Assembly: GCA_034520945.1 (NCBI GenBank)
Contig: JAXHNB010000001.1
Coordinates: forward strand, 160,001 to 224,000
Source: Trueperaceae bacterium
Lineage (GTDB): Bacteria > Deinococcota > Deinococci > Deinococcales > Trueperaceae
Length of the DNA: 64,000 bases
Reading direction: 5' to 3'
In this document: piece by piece, positions 28,281-38,189 of the stretch
Layout: each line of letters starts with the position of its first letter
Numbering within the stretch: the first letter of the stretch is position 1
Made by a program: the position numbers and the translations under genes
Notes under the pieces: model-generated
Told to the model about the DNA's origin: nothing
What the model saw: only the letters and a program-made list of their open reading frames with translations
Databases searched by the model: none

Positions 28281-29111
28281 TCAGCGTTCCCCGGCTTCAC
28301 GGCCGGAGGCCACGGCCCGCAGCCCCTCGCCCAACACGTTCACCGACGCCACCGCCAGGGTGATCGCCAGGCCGGGGAAGACGGCCAGCCACGGGGCCTC
28401 GGCGAACCACAGCTGCGCCTCGTTCAGCATGCCGCCCCAACTCGCCGTGGGGGGCGGGAGGCCGAAGCCGAGGAAGGATAGGGCCGATTCGATCAGGATG
28501 GCGGTGGCGACCAGCAGGGTGCCGGCGACGACCAACGGCGCGGTGGCGCCCGGCAGGAGGTGCCGCAGCAACAGCCGAGCATGGCCGCTGCCGGCGGCGC
28601 GGGCGGCCTCGACGTACTCGCGTTCCCGCAGGGACAGCACCTGCCCGCGCGCCAGGCGGGCCACGCCGGTCCACGACACCAGCGCCAGGATCACCGTCAG
28701 GGTCACGGCGTCCAGCGGCACGAACGCGCTGGCGACCATCGCCAGCGCCAGCGGCGGGATGGCCAGCATGGTGTCGATCACCGCGCTGATGGCGCGGTCC
28801 GTGCGCCCGCCCAGCATGCCGGCGGTGCCGCCGAGCAGCGCGCCGATCGCGACCGACAGGACGGCCACGCCCGCCGCCAGGCCCAGCGACACCCGTCCGG
28901 CGTGCAACATGCGCGACAGCACGTCGCGGCCCAGATCGTCGGTGCCGAGGGGATGCTCGGCGCTGGGGGGCTGAAGCATGTCGCGCGGCGCGGTCGCGGC
29001 CGGGTCGTACGGTGACAACCAGGGGGCGGCCAGGGCGGCGGCCGCCATCAGAGCCAGAATGATCAGGCCGGCTCCGGCCAACGGGTCGCGGGTGAGGAGG
29101 CGCCAGCGCAC
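28281..29111 (-). CDS. Peptide/nickel ABC transporter permease (DppC-like)
   Basis: HPLGTDDLGRD, EYVEAARAAG, ESALSFLGFG. Confidence 0.92.
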   Translation of the reverse strand: MRWRLLTRDPLAGAGLIILALMAAAALAAPWLSPYDPAATAPRDMLQPPSAEHPLGTDDLGRDVLSRMLHAGRVSLGLAAGVAVLSVAIGALLGGTAGMLGGRTDRAISAVIDTMLAIPPLALAMVASAFVPLDAVTLTVILALVSWTGVARLARGQVLSLREREYVEAARAAGSGHARLLLRHLLPGATAPLVVAGTLLVATAILIESALSFLGFGLPPPTASWGGMLNEAQLWFAEAPWLAVFPGLAITLAVASVNVLGEGLRAVASGREAGER

Positions 29112-29115
29112 GGCG

Positions 29116-30069
29116 TCAGTCGTACCGGACCCGCGGGTCGAGGAGCCCGTAGGCGAGGTCGGTGAGGAGGTTGGTCATGATCACCAGCAGTACCAGCAGC
29201 ATCAGGGCCGCCATCACGACCGGGTAGTCGCGGCCCAGCAGCGACTCGGTGAGCAGCCGGCCCAGGCCGGGCCAACTGAACACGACCTCGGTCACCATGG
29301 CGCCCGAGACCAAGCGTGGCACCTCCAGGCCGAGCACGGTGACCAGCGCGATGGCGGTGTTGGGAAACGCGTGGCGGAACAGCAGGCCCAGGCCGTGCCG
29401 TCCTTTGGCGCGGGCGGTGCGGACGTAATCCTCGCGCATGGCCTCCTCCAGCCCGGCGTGGACGAAGCGGGACCACTGCGCCACGTAGACGCTGCCGAGC
29501 ACGACGGCGGGCGCCACCAGGTGCCGCGCCAGGTCGCCGAGCGAGAAGTCGGCCCCGATCGTGCCCATGCCGCCCGAGGGGATCCAGTTCAGGTACACGC
29601 CGAAGAACAGCAGCACCAACGTGCCGCTCCAGAAGGTCGGCACGCTCATGCCGACCACGCTCAGGAGCTGCAGGACGGCGCGGGCGGCCTTGCTGCGGGC
29701 CAGGGTGGTGGCCACGCCCAGCGCGACGCCGGCGACCAGCCCGACCAGCAGCGCGCCGCCGGTCAGCCACAGCGTGTTGCCGAGGCGCTCCAGCACCACG
29801 GCCCGGGCGGGGCGGCGTTCCCCGAACGAGAAGCCCCAGTCGCCCCGCACCACGTTGCCGAGCCAGGACAGGTACTGCACGTGCAGGGGCCGGTTCAAGC
29901 CCCAGAGCTCCTCGATCCGTTCGATCGCGTCGGGTGACGCGGAGGGGTCGGCGGCGTACACGTCCGCCGGCCCGCCGGCGGGCAGTTGGATCAGCAGGAA
30001 CAGCAGCACCGAGACGAGGAGGACGCGGGGAAGGGCCCCCAGCGTCCTCCCCGCGGCGTAGATCAGCAC
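29116..30069 (-). CDS. Peptide/nickel ABC transporter permease (DppB-like)
   Basis: DYVRTARAKG, TEVVFSWPGLG, DLAYGLLDPRVR. Confidence 0.92.
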   Translation of the reverse strand: MLIYAAGRTLGALPRVLLVSVLLFLLIQLPAGGPADVYAADPSASPDAIERIEELWGLNRPLHVQYLSWLGNVVRGDWGFSFGERRPARAVVLERLGNTLWLTGGALLVGLVAGVALGVATTLARSKAARAVLQLLSVVGMSVPTFWSGTLVLLFFGVYLNWIPSGGMGTIGADFSLGDLARHLVAPAVVLGSVYVAQWSRFVHAGLEEAMREDYVRTARAKGRHGLGLLFRHAFPNTAIALVTVLGLEVPRLVSGAMVTEVVFSWPGLGRLLTESLLGRDYPVVMAALMLLVLLVIMTNLLTDLAYGLLDPRVRYD

Positions 30070-30097
30070 GGGCGCAGCGTACCGACCGGCGGGGTGC

Positions 30098-31648
30098 TCA
30101 GCGCAGCGTCCATCGGTGCGCGTTCCAGAGGCTGCCGCTCAATGTGGGATCAACGCCCTCCAGGCGGTCCGACACCACGTTCAGCAGCGGACGTGGTGCG
30201 AGGGGCAGCATGACGGCCTCCTCGGCCACGGTCCGCTGGAATTCGCGGATGTTCTCCGCCCGATCCTCGCGGTCGACCAGGCCGGAGACCTCGCGCAGCA
30301 GGTCCAGCGCTTCCTCGTTGGCGTAGTTCTGCCAGTTGGTGCCCAGCCACAGGGAGAAGACCGGTTCCTGACTCTCGCCGAACCAGCCGTACGCCAGTTG
30401 GAAGTCGCCGGCGCCCATGGTGGGCGGGAAGGAGGCGCCGTCGATCTCGCGGATGCGGGCGTCGATCCCGACGTCGCGCCACAGGTCCTGCGCGATCTGC
30501 ACCACCTGGCGGCGGTCGGCCTGCCCCGCGATGTTGAGGATCTCGATCCGCAACGGTTCGCCGTCGCGCGTGCGGATCTCGCCGGGCGCGTCGTGGGTCC
30601 AGCCGGCCTCTTCCAGGAGCGCGCGGGCGGCGTCAGGATCGTATGCGTAGCGCCGCACGTCGTCGGCGTGCGCCCAGTGGGAGCGGGGGAAGATGGCGTG
30701 CTGCGGTTCGACCACGCCGGCGAACACGGTGTCGGTGATCAACTGCTTGTCCAGGCCGTGGGCCAGGGCACGCCGCACCCGCACGTCGGACAGGATGGGG
30801 TCCTGATTGTCGATCCAGAACTGCCACCAGGCGTGGTCGGGCGCTTGCGCCACCTCGTAGCCGTCCAGCCGCTGCGCGAAGCTCAGGTCGGCCGCGCCGA
30901 TGTGGAGGGCCAGCTCCGCCTCGCCGCGCTGCAGGGCGGTGCGGGTGGCCCCGCTGCCGGTCGCGAAGCGGACGACGATCTCGTCCAGTTCGGGCGCGCC
31001 GGCGAAGTAGTCCTGATGGGCTTCGAGCCGGGCGAAGGCGCCGGATTCCCATTCGGCCAGGGTGAACGGGCCCGTGCCTACGGGCGCGCGATTGAACGGC
31101 CCGGCGGTTAGGTCGGCGCCCGCCAGGCGGTGTTCGGGCATCATGAAGCAGGCGTCGCTCGACGCCGCCCCCAGGAAGGCGACGTTGGTGTCACCAAAGT
31201 GCACCACGGCGGTGTGCGGATCCGGCGTTTCGATCTCGGTGATGTCCTCCCACACGGCCCGGCTGGGGACCGGCAGGTCGGGGTCGGTGATCACCTGCCA
31301 GGTGTAGCGGACGTCGGCCGAGGTGAACGGCTCGCCGTCGTGCCAGCGCACGTCGTCGCGCAGGCGAACGGTGTAGGTGGTGCCGTCCTCGCTGATCCCG
31401 CCGTTGGCGAGGGTGGGAACCTCGGTGGCCAGCTGCGGCCGGTAGTCGCCATCTGCGCCGATGGTGTACAGGCAGTCGAACACCAGGTTCTGCACCTCGT
31501 GCGTCAGCGTGAGCAGGTCGAAGTGCGGCATCAGGGTGGCGGGCTCCTGCGGGCTCAGCACGGTGGCGCGCGAGGGCGCCTGCGCCGCGGCGAACGAGAC
31601 GATCACGGCCAGCAGGCCGAGGATGACGGGGCGTACGGATCGCATCAT
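30098..31648 (-). CDS. Peptide ABC transporter substrate-binding protein (family 5)
   Basis: LRDDVRWHDGEPFTSADV, PVGTGPF, DVRVRRAL; GGAGG RBS. Confidence 0.92.
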   Translation of the reverse strand: MMRSVRPVILGLLAVIVSFAAAQAPSRATVLSPQEPATLMPHFDLLTLTHEVQNLVFDCLYTIGADGDYRPQLATEVPTLANGGISEDGTTYTVRLRDDVRWHDGEPFTSADVRYTWQVITDPDLPVPSRAVWEDITEIETPDPHTAVVHFGDTNVAFLGAASSDACFMMPEHRLAGADLTAGPFNRAPVGTGPFTLAEWESGAFARLEAHQDYFAGAPELDEIVVRFATGSGATRTALQRGEAELALHIGAADLSFAQRLDGYEVAQAPDHAWWQFWIDNQDPILSDVRVRRALAHGLDKQLITDTVFAGVVEPQHAIFPRSHWAHADDVRRYAYDPDAARALLEEAGWTHDAPGEIRTRDGEPLRIEILNIAGQADRRQVVQIAQDLWRDVGIDARIREIDGASFPPTMGAGDFQLAYGWFGESQEPVFSLWLGTNWQNYANEEALDLLREVSGLVDREDRAENIREFQRTVAEEAVMLPLAPRPLLNVVSDRLEGVDPTLSGSLWNAHRWTLR

Positions 31649-31826
31649 GGGACCTCCAACGAGATTCAAACGCCGCCCGGGCGCGCGTGCGCGCAGCGGC
31701 GGCCGATGGGCCAGTGTGCATGATCGAAACGATCAGGAATGTCGGGCGGCGTGCCGGGCCGCGGTGGCGCGCCGGCGCGTAGCAGGGCACGTGGCGGTGG
31801 CGCGGGGGGCGCTACGCTCTTGGTCG

Positions 31827-32531
31827 ATGCGTTCCGCTCGAATCGCGCTGATCATGTGGCCGGCGTCGCTGCTCACCCTGTGGGCGGTGCTGGCAGCATT
31901 GGGCTTCGGTCCCCAGGAGGCGGTGGCGCGCGGTCTGTCGCTGCTGGGGTCCGGGCCGTGGGCGCTGGCGGCGTTGTTGGCCGCGTACGCGGTGCGTTCG
32001 GTGCTGCTGCTGCCGATGACGGTGCTGACCGTGTTCGCGGGGTTTCTGTTGGGCCCCGTGTGGGGCGCGGTCGGGGCCGTGGCGGGGACGATCCTGTCGG
32101 CGCTGTTGGCGTACGCGGTGGCGCGCTGGTTGCGACACGGCACGAGGGGCGCGGGGGACGACCGGGCCGAGGTGGACGCCGCGGTCGGCGGCGTCCGCAA
32201 TCGGCCGTGGGCGGTGCGGCTGCGTTCGCACCCGTTCGAGGCGGTGCTGACCGCGCGCGCCGCGGCGGTTCCCGGCGACCTGGTGAACCTGGTGTCGGGG
32301 GCGTGGCGGATTCCGGTCGCGCCCTTCGCGTTGGGGACGGTCCTCGGGGGGCTGCCCGGCATTTTGGCCGCGGTGTGGGCGGGCGCCTCGGTCGAGGGGG
32401 CGTTCGCGTTCGAGGGGGTGCGCCCCCGGCCGGCGCTGCTGCTCGCGTCGGGCGGGATGCTGGTCACGTCGTTCCTCCTGGCGCGCGTGGTGCGCATCGT
32501 GCAGCGGCGTAGGGGCGAAGACGGGCGCTGA
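31827..32531 (+). CDS. TVP38/TMEM64 (VTT/DedA-like) membrane protein
   Basis: YAVRSVLLLP..LTVFAGFLLGP.WG, VPGDLVN, GTVLGGLPG. Confidence 0.8.
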   Translation: MRSARIALIMWPASLLTLWAVLAALGFGPQEAVARGLSLLGSGPWALAALLAAYAVRSVLLLPMTVLTVFAGFLLGPVWGAVGAVAGTILSALLAYAVARWLRHGTRGAGDDRAEVDAAVGGVRNRPWAVRLRSHPFEAVLTARAAAVPGDLVNLVSGAWRIPVAPFALGTVLGGLPGILAAVWAGASVEGAFAFEGVRPRPALLLASGGMLVTSFLLARVVRIVQRRRGEDGR

Positions 32532-32560
32532 GCGGGGCGCTGCGCCGCGCGGAGTTCGGC

Positions 32561-32845
32561 TCAAACGGCGCGCGCGAAGGGCCAGATCTCGAAGCGCGCC
32601 CAGACCCCCTCGCGGGCGTAGACGTCGCGTTCGAGGATCGTTCGGACCTCCGCCTCGCCCTCGGCCTCCAGGAGCAGCATCGAGCCGCGCATCACGCCCT
32701 CCTCGTCGAGGAGGGCGCCGGCGACCTGGAGGCGACCCTCGTCGACGAGGGGCCGGACCCCCTCGAGGTGACGGGGGCGTACGCGCTGGCGGCGCGCCGG
32801 CGCCTGGTCGTCGGTGGCGTCGTGGGCAAGGATCAGGTACAGCAT
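32561..32845 (-). CDS. YciI-family protein
   Basis: RQRVRPRHL, AGALL, GSMLL, DVYAREGVW; GGAG RBS. Confidence 0.88.
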   Translation of the reverse strand: MLYLILAHDATDDQAPARRQRVRPRHLEGVRPLVDEGRLQVAGALLDEEGVMRGSMLLLEAEGEAEVRTILERDVYAREGVWARFEIWPFARAV

Positions 32846-33003
32846 GGCATCTCCTCGGGCGGCGCGGCGGGGCGTGACCGGTCCGCGGTTCCAAGCCTAA
32901 TCCGCCGCGCTGCGTCGCGTCGGGACGGGGGCACGGCCTGCGCCGCGTTGGACCGCGAACCGAGTCGGAGCAAAGAAACTTGATACGAGGACGCTCACAT
33001 CTG

Positions 33004-33032
33004 TTGACAAGATTCGATCGCATCGCTATACT
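33004..33032 (+). promoter_or_regulatory. Strong sigma70-type dnaK promoter
   Basis: TTGACA-17 nt-TATACT. Confidence 0.85.
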
Positions 33033-33139
33033 TGGAGCTAGTGAGTGTCCATCGCCCACGCGCTCAGGGCAGCGCCCGATCCACACCTGCGCGTGGGTGA
33101 CCGTCTCGCGAATTCCGAAACGATCGAGGAGGCCCCATC

Positions 33140-35044
33140 ATGGCCAAACCCGTAGGCATCGACCTGGGAACCACCAACAGCGCCATCGCGGCGATGCAGG
33201 GCGGCGAGCCCGCCATTCTCGTCAACAGCGAAGGCAACCGCACCACGCCCTCCGTGGTGGCGTTCAAGGAGGACCAGCGCCTGGTCGGGCAGGTGGCCAA
33301 GCGCCAGGCGGTCCTGAACTCCAAGAACACCCTGTTCGAGGTCAAGCGCTTCATGGGCCGCACCTGGGAAGAGGTCGAGAACGAGGTCGAGCGCGCCCCC
33401 TACGAGGTCGTCAAGGCCGACGACGGCGGCGTGCGCTTCGTCATCGGCGATGAGAAGTACACCCCCGAGGAGATCTCGGCCATGGTGCTGCGCAAGCTGG
33501 TCGCCGACGCCAGCGAGCAGCTGGGCGAGAAGGTCACGCAGGCCGTGATCACGGTGCCGGCGTACTTCAACAACGCCCAGCGCGAGGCCACCCAGAACGC
33601 CGGCAAGATCGCCGGGCTCGAGGTGCTCCGCATCGTGAACGAGCCGACGGCGGCCGCGCTGGCGTACGGCGTCGAGAAGAAGGGCAGCGAGACCGTGCTG
33701 GTCTTCGACCTGGGTGGCGGCACCTTCGACGTCACCGTGCTCGAGGTGGGCGACGGCGTGTTCGAGGTGCGCAGCACGCACGGCGACACCCACCTGGGCG
33801 GCAGCGACATGGACTACGCCATCGTCGACTGGCTCGCCGAGGACTTCAAGAAGGAGTACGGCGTCGAGCTCAAGAAGGACAAGCAGGCGCTTCAGCGCAT
33901 GCTCGAGGCGGCCGAGAAGGCCAAGGTCGAGCTGTCCAGCCTGCCCGAGACGACCCTCAGCCTGCCGTTCATCGCCATGGACCCCGGCAGCAACGCGCCG
34001 TTGTACCTCGAGAAGAAGCTGACCCGCAGCAAGTTGGAGGAGCTGATCCGGCCGTTGCTGAACCGGATCGAGGGTCCGGTGAAGAGCGCGCTGAAGGACG
34101 CCGGCATCGACAAGTCCAAGATCGACGAGGTGATCCTCGTCGGTGGCGCCACGCGCGTCCCGGCCGTCAAGAAGATCGTGCAGGACCTGCTCGGCAAGGC
34201 GCCGAACCAGTCGGTCAACCCCGACGAGGTGGTCGCGCTCGGCGCGGCGGTGCAGGCCGGCGTGCTCAGCGGCGACGTGGACGACATCGTGCTGCTCGAC
34301 GTGACGCCGCTCAGCCTTGGCGTCGAGACCAAGGGCGGCGTGTTCACCCAGTTGATCGAGCGCAACACCACCGTCCCGGTCCGCAAGACGGAGACGTTCA
34401 CCACCGCCGACGCGAACCAGACCGGCGTCGAGGTGCACGTGTTGCAGGGCGAGCGCTCCTTGGCGGCCGAGAACAAGTCGCTGGGTCGCTTCAAGCTGGA
34501 GGGGATCCCGCCCATGCCGGCCGGCATGCCGCAGATCGAAATCACCTACGACATCGACGCCAACGGCGTGCTGAACGTCAGCGCGCGCGAGAAGTCGAGC
34601 GGCAAGGAGGCGTCGATCACCATCCAGAACACCACCACGCTCTCGGACGACGAGGTGGACCAGATGGTCAAGGACGCCGAGGAGCACGCCGATGAGGACC
34701 GCAAGTTCCGCGAGCTGGCCGAGGCCCGGAACCAGTGCGACTCCATGCGCGCCCAGGCGCAGAAGATCTTGGACGAGACCGAGAACGCGACCGAGGAGCA
34801 GAAGAAGCCGGTCGAAGAGGCGATCGAGGAGGCCCGCAAGGCCGTCGACGACCCCAACGTCGACAAGGCCCGCTTCGATGAGCTGACCCAGAAGGTCGCC
34901 ACCGCGCTTCAGACCTTCCAGCAGGCCACCAGCGAGAGCTCCTCCGGCGACGACGGATCCTCCGGCGGTGACGACGGCGACGCGTCCGGCGGCCAGGGCG
35001 ACGACGACGAGGTCATCGACGCCGACTTCAAGCCGGCGGGCTGA
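33140..35044 (+). CDS. dnaK: Chaperone DnaK
   Basis: GIDLGTTNS, TVPAYFN, DLGGGTFD, NPDEVVALGAA, C-terminal VIDADF. Confidence 0.99.
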   Translation: MAKPVGIDLGTTNSAIAAMQGGEPAILVNSEGNRTTPSVVAFKEDQRLVGQVAKRQAVLNSKNTLFEVKRFMGRTWEEVENEVERAPYEVVKADDGGVRFVIGDEKYTPEEISAMVLRKLVADASEQLGEKVTQAVITVPAYFNNAQREATQNAGKIAGLEVLRIVNEPTAAALAYGVEKKGSETVLVFDLGGGTFDVTVLEVGDGVFEVRSTHGDTHLGGSDMDYAIVDWLAEDFKKEYGVELKKDKQALQRMLEAAEKAKVELSSLPETTLSLPFIAMDPGSNAPLYLEKKLTRSKLEELIRPLLNRIEGPVKSALKDAGIDKSKIDEVILVGGATRVPAVKKIVQDLLGKAPNQSVNPDEVVALGAAVQAGVLSGDVDDIVLLDVTPLSLGVETKGGVFTQLIERNTTVPVRKTETFTTADANQTGVEVHVLQGERSLAAENKSLGRFKLEGIPPMPAGMPQIEITYDIDANGVLNVSAREKSSGKEASITIQNTTTLSDDEVDQMVKDAEEHADEDRKFRELAEARNQCDSMRAQAQKILDETENATEEQKKPVEEAIEEARKAVDDPNVDKARFDELTQKVATALQTFQQATSESSSGDDGSSGGDDGDASGGQGDDDEVIDADFKPAG

Positions 35045-35060
35045 TCCGCCCGTTCACACA

Positions 35061-35092
35061 GGCGAGGCGGGCCCGCCCGGGTCCGCCTCGCC
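35061..35092 (+). terminator. Intra-operon hairpin between dnaK and grpE
   Basis: ggcgaggcgggccc-gccc-gggtccgcctcgcc. Confidence 0.5.
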
Positions 35093-35115
35093 CGCCGCAC
35101 CGTGATGGAGACCCC

Positions 35116-35808
35116 ATGAACGAGGAACGCACCCAACCACGACGCCCGCACGACCCCGAGCGGTACGCCGCGGACGAGGGCGAGGGCCGGCAGGGGGCCG
35201 CGGACGCGGCCCACGCCGACCACGAGCCGGAGGTCGGCACGGACGAGGCGCAACGCGACGACGCCACGGACGCCCGCGCGCAGGGAAGGGCCCCGGACGA
35301 GGTCGACAGCGAAGCCGACATCCTGCGAGGCGAGTTGGCCACGCTGCAGGAGCGCCTGGCCGAGGCCGAGCGCGAGGCGCGAGAGGCCAAGGACCGCGCG
35401 TTGCGGGCCCGCGCCGAATTGGACACCGTGCGCCGCCGGGCCGAATCGGAAGAGGCCCGCGCCCGCGAAGGGGGCGTCGACGCCGCCCTCGCGCCGGCGA
35501 TCCAGGCGTTCGACGACCTGCGCCGCGCCCTGGCGGCCGCCGAGTCGGGCGACCCCCAAGGGATCGTGCCCGGTGTGCGCGCGGTGATGGAGGGGCTGGA
35601 GCGCAACCTCGACCAGCTCGACATCCGGCGCATCGGCGAGGTCGGCGAGACCTTCGACCCAGGCGTGCACGAGGCGCTGACCAGCGCCCCCACGCAGGAG
35701 CGGGAGCGCTCCGGCACCATCGCCGACGTGTTCGAGGTCGGCTTCGAGCGCGACGGCCGTCTGATCCGCCCCGCCCGCGTGGTCGTCTACCAGGCCGAGG
35801 AGGCTTGA
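35116..35808 (+). CDS. grpE: Nucleotide exchange factor GrpE
   Basis: RARAELDTVRRR, GETFDPGVHEA, RLIRPARVVV; follows dnaK. Confidence 0.96.
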   Translation: MNEERTQPRRPHDPERYAADEGEGRQGAADAAHADHEPEVGTDEAQRDDATDARAQGRAPDEVDSEADILRGELATLQERLAEAEREAREAKDRALRARAELDTVRRRAESEEARAREGGVDAALAPAIQAFDDLRRALAAAESGDPQGIVPGVRAVMEGLERNLDQLDIRRIGEVGETFDPGVHEALTSAPTQERERSGTIADVFEVGFERDGRLIRPARVVVYQAEEA

Positions 35809-35869
35809 GCCGCCCGCGCTCGCGGGCGACCCCGGGCCGCCCCGAACACCCGACAGGAGGGAGGTGAAC

Positions 35870-36865
35870 ATGGCCGCGTTCAAGGACTACTACGAGGTGC
35901 TCGGCGTCGACAAGAACGCCAGCCAGGAGGAGATCCGGCGGGCGTACCGCAAGCTGGCCGCCAAGCACCACCCGGACCGCAACCCCGGTGACGACAGCGC
36001 CGAGGACCGGTTCAAGGAGATCAACGAGGCCTACACCGCCCTCTCCGATCCCGAGAAGCGCAAGGTCTACGACACCTACGGCCGGACCGGTCAGGTGCCC
36101 CCGGAGGGCGCCAGCTACGGCGGCGCCCAAGGCGGGCCCGGCGGCGCGCGCGTATACACCAGTGTCGACCCGGGCGACCTGGGCGGGTTCAGCGAGTTCT
36201 TCCAGACGTTGTTCGGCGGCGGTTCGTTCGGGGGTGGCACGTTCAGCTTCGGCGGCGACATGGCCGGCGAACGCGTGCGCGGCGGACGTGGGCAGGATCC
36301 GTTCAGCGATCTCCGCGGCGCGGGCAGCCAGCGGCGCGCGTCCACGCCCCGAAGCGTGGAGGCCGAACTGCCCCTCGACCTGCGGCGCGCCTTCCAGGGC
36401 GGCGAGGTCGAGATCACCGTGGCCGGCCGCCGCGTCACCGTCACCGTGCCCCCCGGCGTGCGCGACGGCGCCAAGTTGCGCCTGCGGGGCCAGGCCCCCA
36501 GCGGCGGCGATCTGATCCTGGTGGTGCGCCACACGCCGCACCCGCAGCTTCGCGTCGAGGGCGACGACGTACGCGCGGTGGTGCGCGTGCCGGACCATGT
36601 GGCCGCGCTGGGGGGCACCCTGCAGGCCCCGACGCTGGAAGCGCCGGTGGAGGTCACCGTGCCGCCCGGAAGCTCCAGCGGTCGCGTGTTGCGGCTGCGC
36701 GGGCAGGGGTGGCCCCGCAAGGGCGGCGGTCGCGGCGACGAGTTGGTCGAACTCCGCGTCACCGTGCCCGAGGACCCCAGCGAGGCGCAGAAGGCGCTGT
36801 ACCGGCAGCTCCGCGACCTGGCCGCCGAGCCCGAGGCGGAACGGACTGCGGCCGCCGCGACCTGA
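35870..36865 (+). CDS. dnaJ: DnaJ-class co-chaperone lacking the zinc finger (CbpA-like, class B)
   Basis: DYYEVLGV, HPD motif, G/F region, C-terminal domain; no CxxCxGxG repeats. Confidence 0.92.
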   Translation: MAAFKDYYEVLGVDKNASQEEIRRAYRKLAAKHHPDRNPGDDSAEDRFKEINEAYTALSDPEKRKVYDTYGRTGQVPPEGASYGGAQGGPGGARVYTSVDPGDLGGFSEFFQTLFGGGSFGGGTFSFGGDMAGERVRGGRGQDPFSDLRGAGSQRRASTPRSVEAELPLDLRRAFQGGEVEITVAGRRVTVTVPPGVRDGAKLRLRGQAPSGGDLILVVRHTPHPQLRVEGDDVRAVVRVPDHVAALGGTLQAPTLEAPVEVTVPPGSSSGRVLRLRGQGWPRKGGGRGDELVELRVTVPEDPSEAQKALYRQLRDLAAEPEAERTAAAAT

Positions 36866-36899
36866 GCCGGGCATCCCGGCACGATTCCCCTGCGACCTG

Positions 36900-36951
36900 G
36901 ATGAGAGGCCGGAACCTCGTGCACCACGGAGGTTTTGGCCTCGTCCTCATC
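36900..36951 (+). terminator. Long hairpin downstream of dnaJ
   Basis: gaggccggaacctc pairs with gaggttttggcctc (two G.U), enclosed by gatgag/ctcatc. Confidence 0.55.
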
Positions 36952-36995
36952 GGGCGGGGTTGCCGCTCATCTCGGCGACGCGTAGGGTCTTCACC

Positions 36996-38102
36996 ATGAA
37001 GCGATCCTTCACCACATTCACAGCCGTTATGACCCTCCTCGCCGCCCTCTTCGCCGGTGGCGCGTGGGCGCAGGACGACGCCGCTTCCGATGCCGCATCC
37101 GACGAGGCGTCCGGCGACAATCCCGTCGTGCTCCGCGTGGGCGACGAGGAACGCACCCTCGAGCAGTTCGACCGCCGCTTCGAGATCGCCGTCCGCGGTG
37201 TGGCCGCCCGCCAGGGCATGCCCATGAACGAGCAGACGCGCGCCCAGCTGGAGGCGCTGGCGCCGCAGTTCCTGCAGCAGCGCGTCCGCGAGCTGGTGCT
37301 GCTGCAAGAGGCCGAAGCGCGCGACATCAGCCTGAGCGAAGAAGAGGTGGACGAACTCGTCGCCGAAGTGCGCGGCGACAGCGAAGACGCCGAGTTCGAG
37401 CAGGTGCTGCAGCAGAGCGGCATCCAGACCACCGAGACGCTCCGGACCCTCCTGGAAGAGGGCGAGCTGATCGGGCGCGTCCAGCAGAGCATCGCCGACG
37501 ACGTCGAGGTCAGCGACGAAGAGGTGCGCCAGACCTACGAAGAGGACCCCGAAGCGTACGCCACCGAGGCCGAAGCGTGCGCCCGGCACGTCCTGGTCGA
37601 GAGCGAGGAGGACGCCAACACCGTCCTCGACGAGTTGGAGTCCGGCACCTCCTTCGCCGACGTGGCGTCCGAGTGGGGCACCGACGGCACCGCCGAGAAG
37701 GGCGGCGACCTCGGCTGCATTACGCGCGGCCAGACCGTGCCGGCGTTCGAAGAGGCGATCTTCGCCGAAGACGTCACCCTGGGCGAGCCGTTCGGTCCGG
37801 TCGAGACGCAGTTCGGCTTTCACGTCATCCAGGTCGACGAGCGCAACGAAGCCGAGACCCCCCCGCTGGAGGAGGTCCGCAGCGACATCGAGTCCCAGCT
37901 GCAGAACCAAGCGGTGCAGGCGCGCGTGAGCGAGTTGGTCGAGTCCGCCGAGGTCGAGACCTTCCCTGACCGCCTGCCGTACGAGCCGCCGCAGGCGCCG
38001 CAGCCCGCCCCGCAGGCGCCCGCCCCGGAACAGCCGGAGGGTGAGCAGCCGGAGGGTGAGCAGCCGGAAAGTGAGCAGCCGGAGGGCGAAGGCGGGAACT
38101 GA
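36996..38102 (+). CDS. Secreted parvulin-type peptidyl-prolyl isomerase (PrsA/SurA-like foldase)
   Basis: Signal peptide, ARHVLV, KGGDLG, VPAFEEA, ETQFGFHVIQV. Confidence 0.92.
   Translation: MKRSFTTFTAVMTLLAALFAGGAWAQDDAASDAASDEASGDNPVVLRVGDEERTLEQFDRRFEIAVRGVAARQGMPMNEQTRAQLEALAPQFLQQRVRELVLLQEAEARDISLSEEEVDELVAEVRGDSEDAEFEQVLQQSGIQTTETLRTLLEEGELIGRVQQSIADDVEVSDEEVRQTYEEDPEAYATEAEACARHVLVESEEDANTVLDELESGTSFADVASEWGTDGTAEKGGDLGCITRGQTVPAFEEAIFAEDVTLGEPFGPVETQFGFHVIQVDERNEAETPPLEEVRSDIESQLQNQAVQARVSELVESAEVETFPDRLPYEPPQAPQPAPQAPAPEQPEGEQPEGEQPESEQPEGEGGN
38028..38087 (+). repeat. 4 x 15-bp coding tandem repeat (EQPEG/EQPES)
   Basis: gaacagccggagggt gagcagccggagggt gagcagccggaaagt gagcagccggagggc. 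Confidence 0.9.
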
Positions 38103-38189
38103 GCCGAGCGGCGGCCCCCGGGCCTGCCCACGGACCCAGATCCTACGCCCGAACCACGTCGCGGGGCCGCGCAAGCGGCCCCGCGACGC

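Noticed and set aside
33038..34687. 549-aa ORF antisense to dnaK (the type sometimes annotated as NAD-glutamate dehydrogenase)
   Set aside because: Known shadow ORF produced by codon bias on the strand opposite dnaK; no independent motifs or signals.
38028..38087. CRISPR-like array
   Set aside because: Adjacent in-frame 15-bp coding repeats with no spacers and no cas genes.
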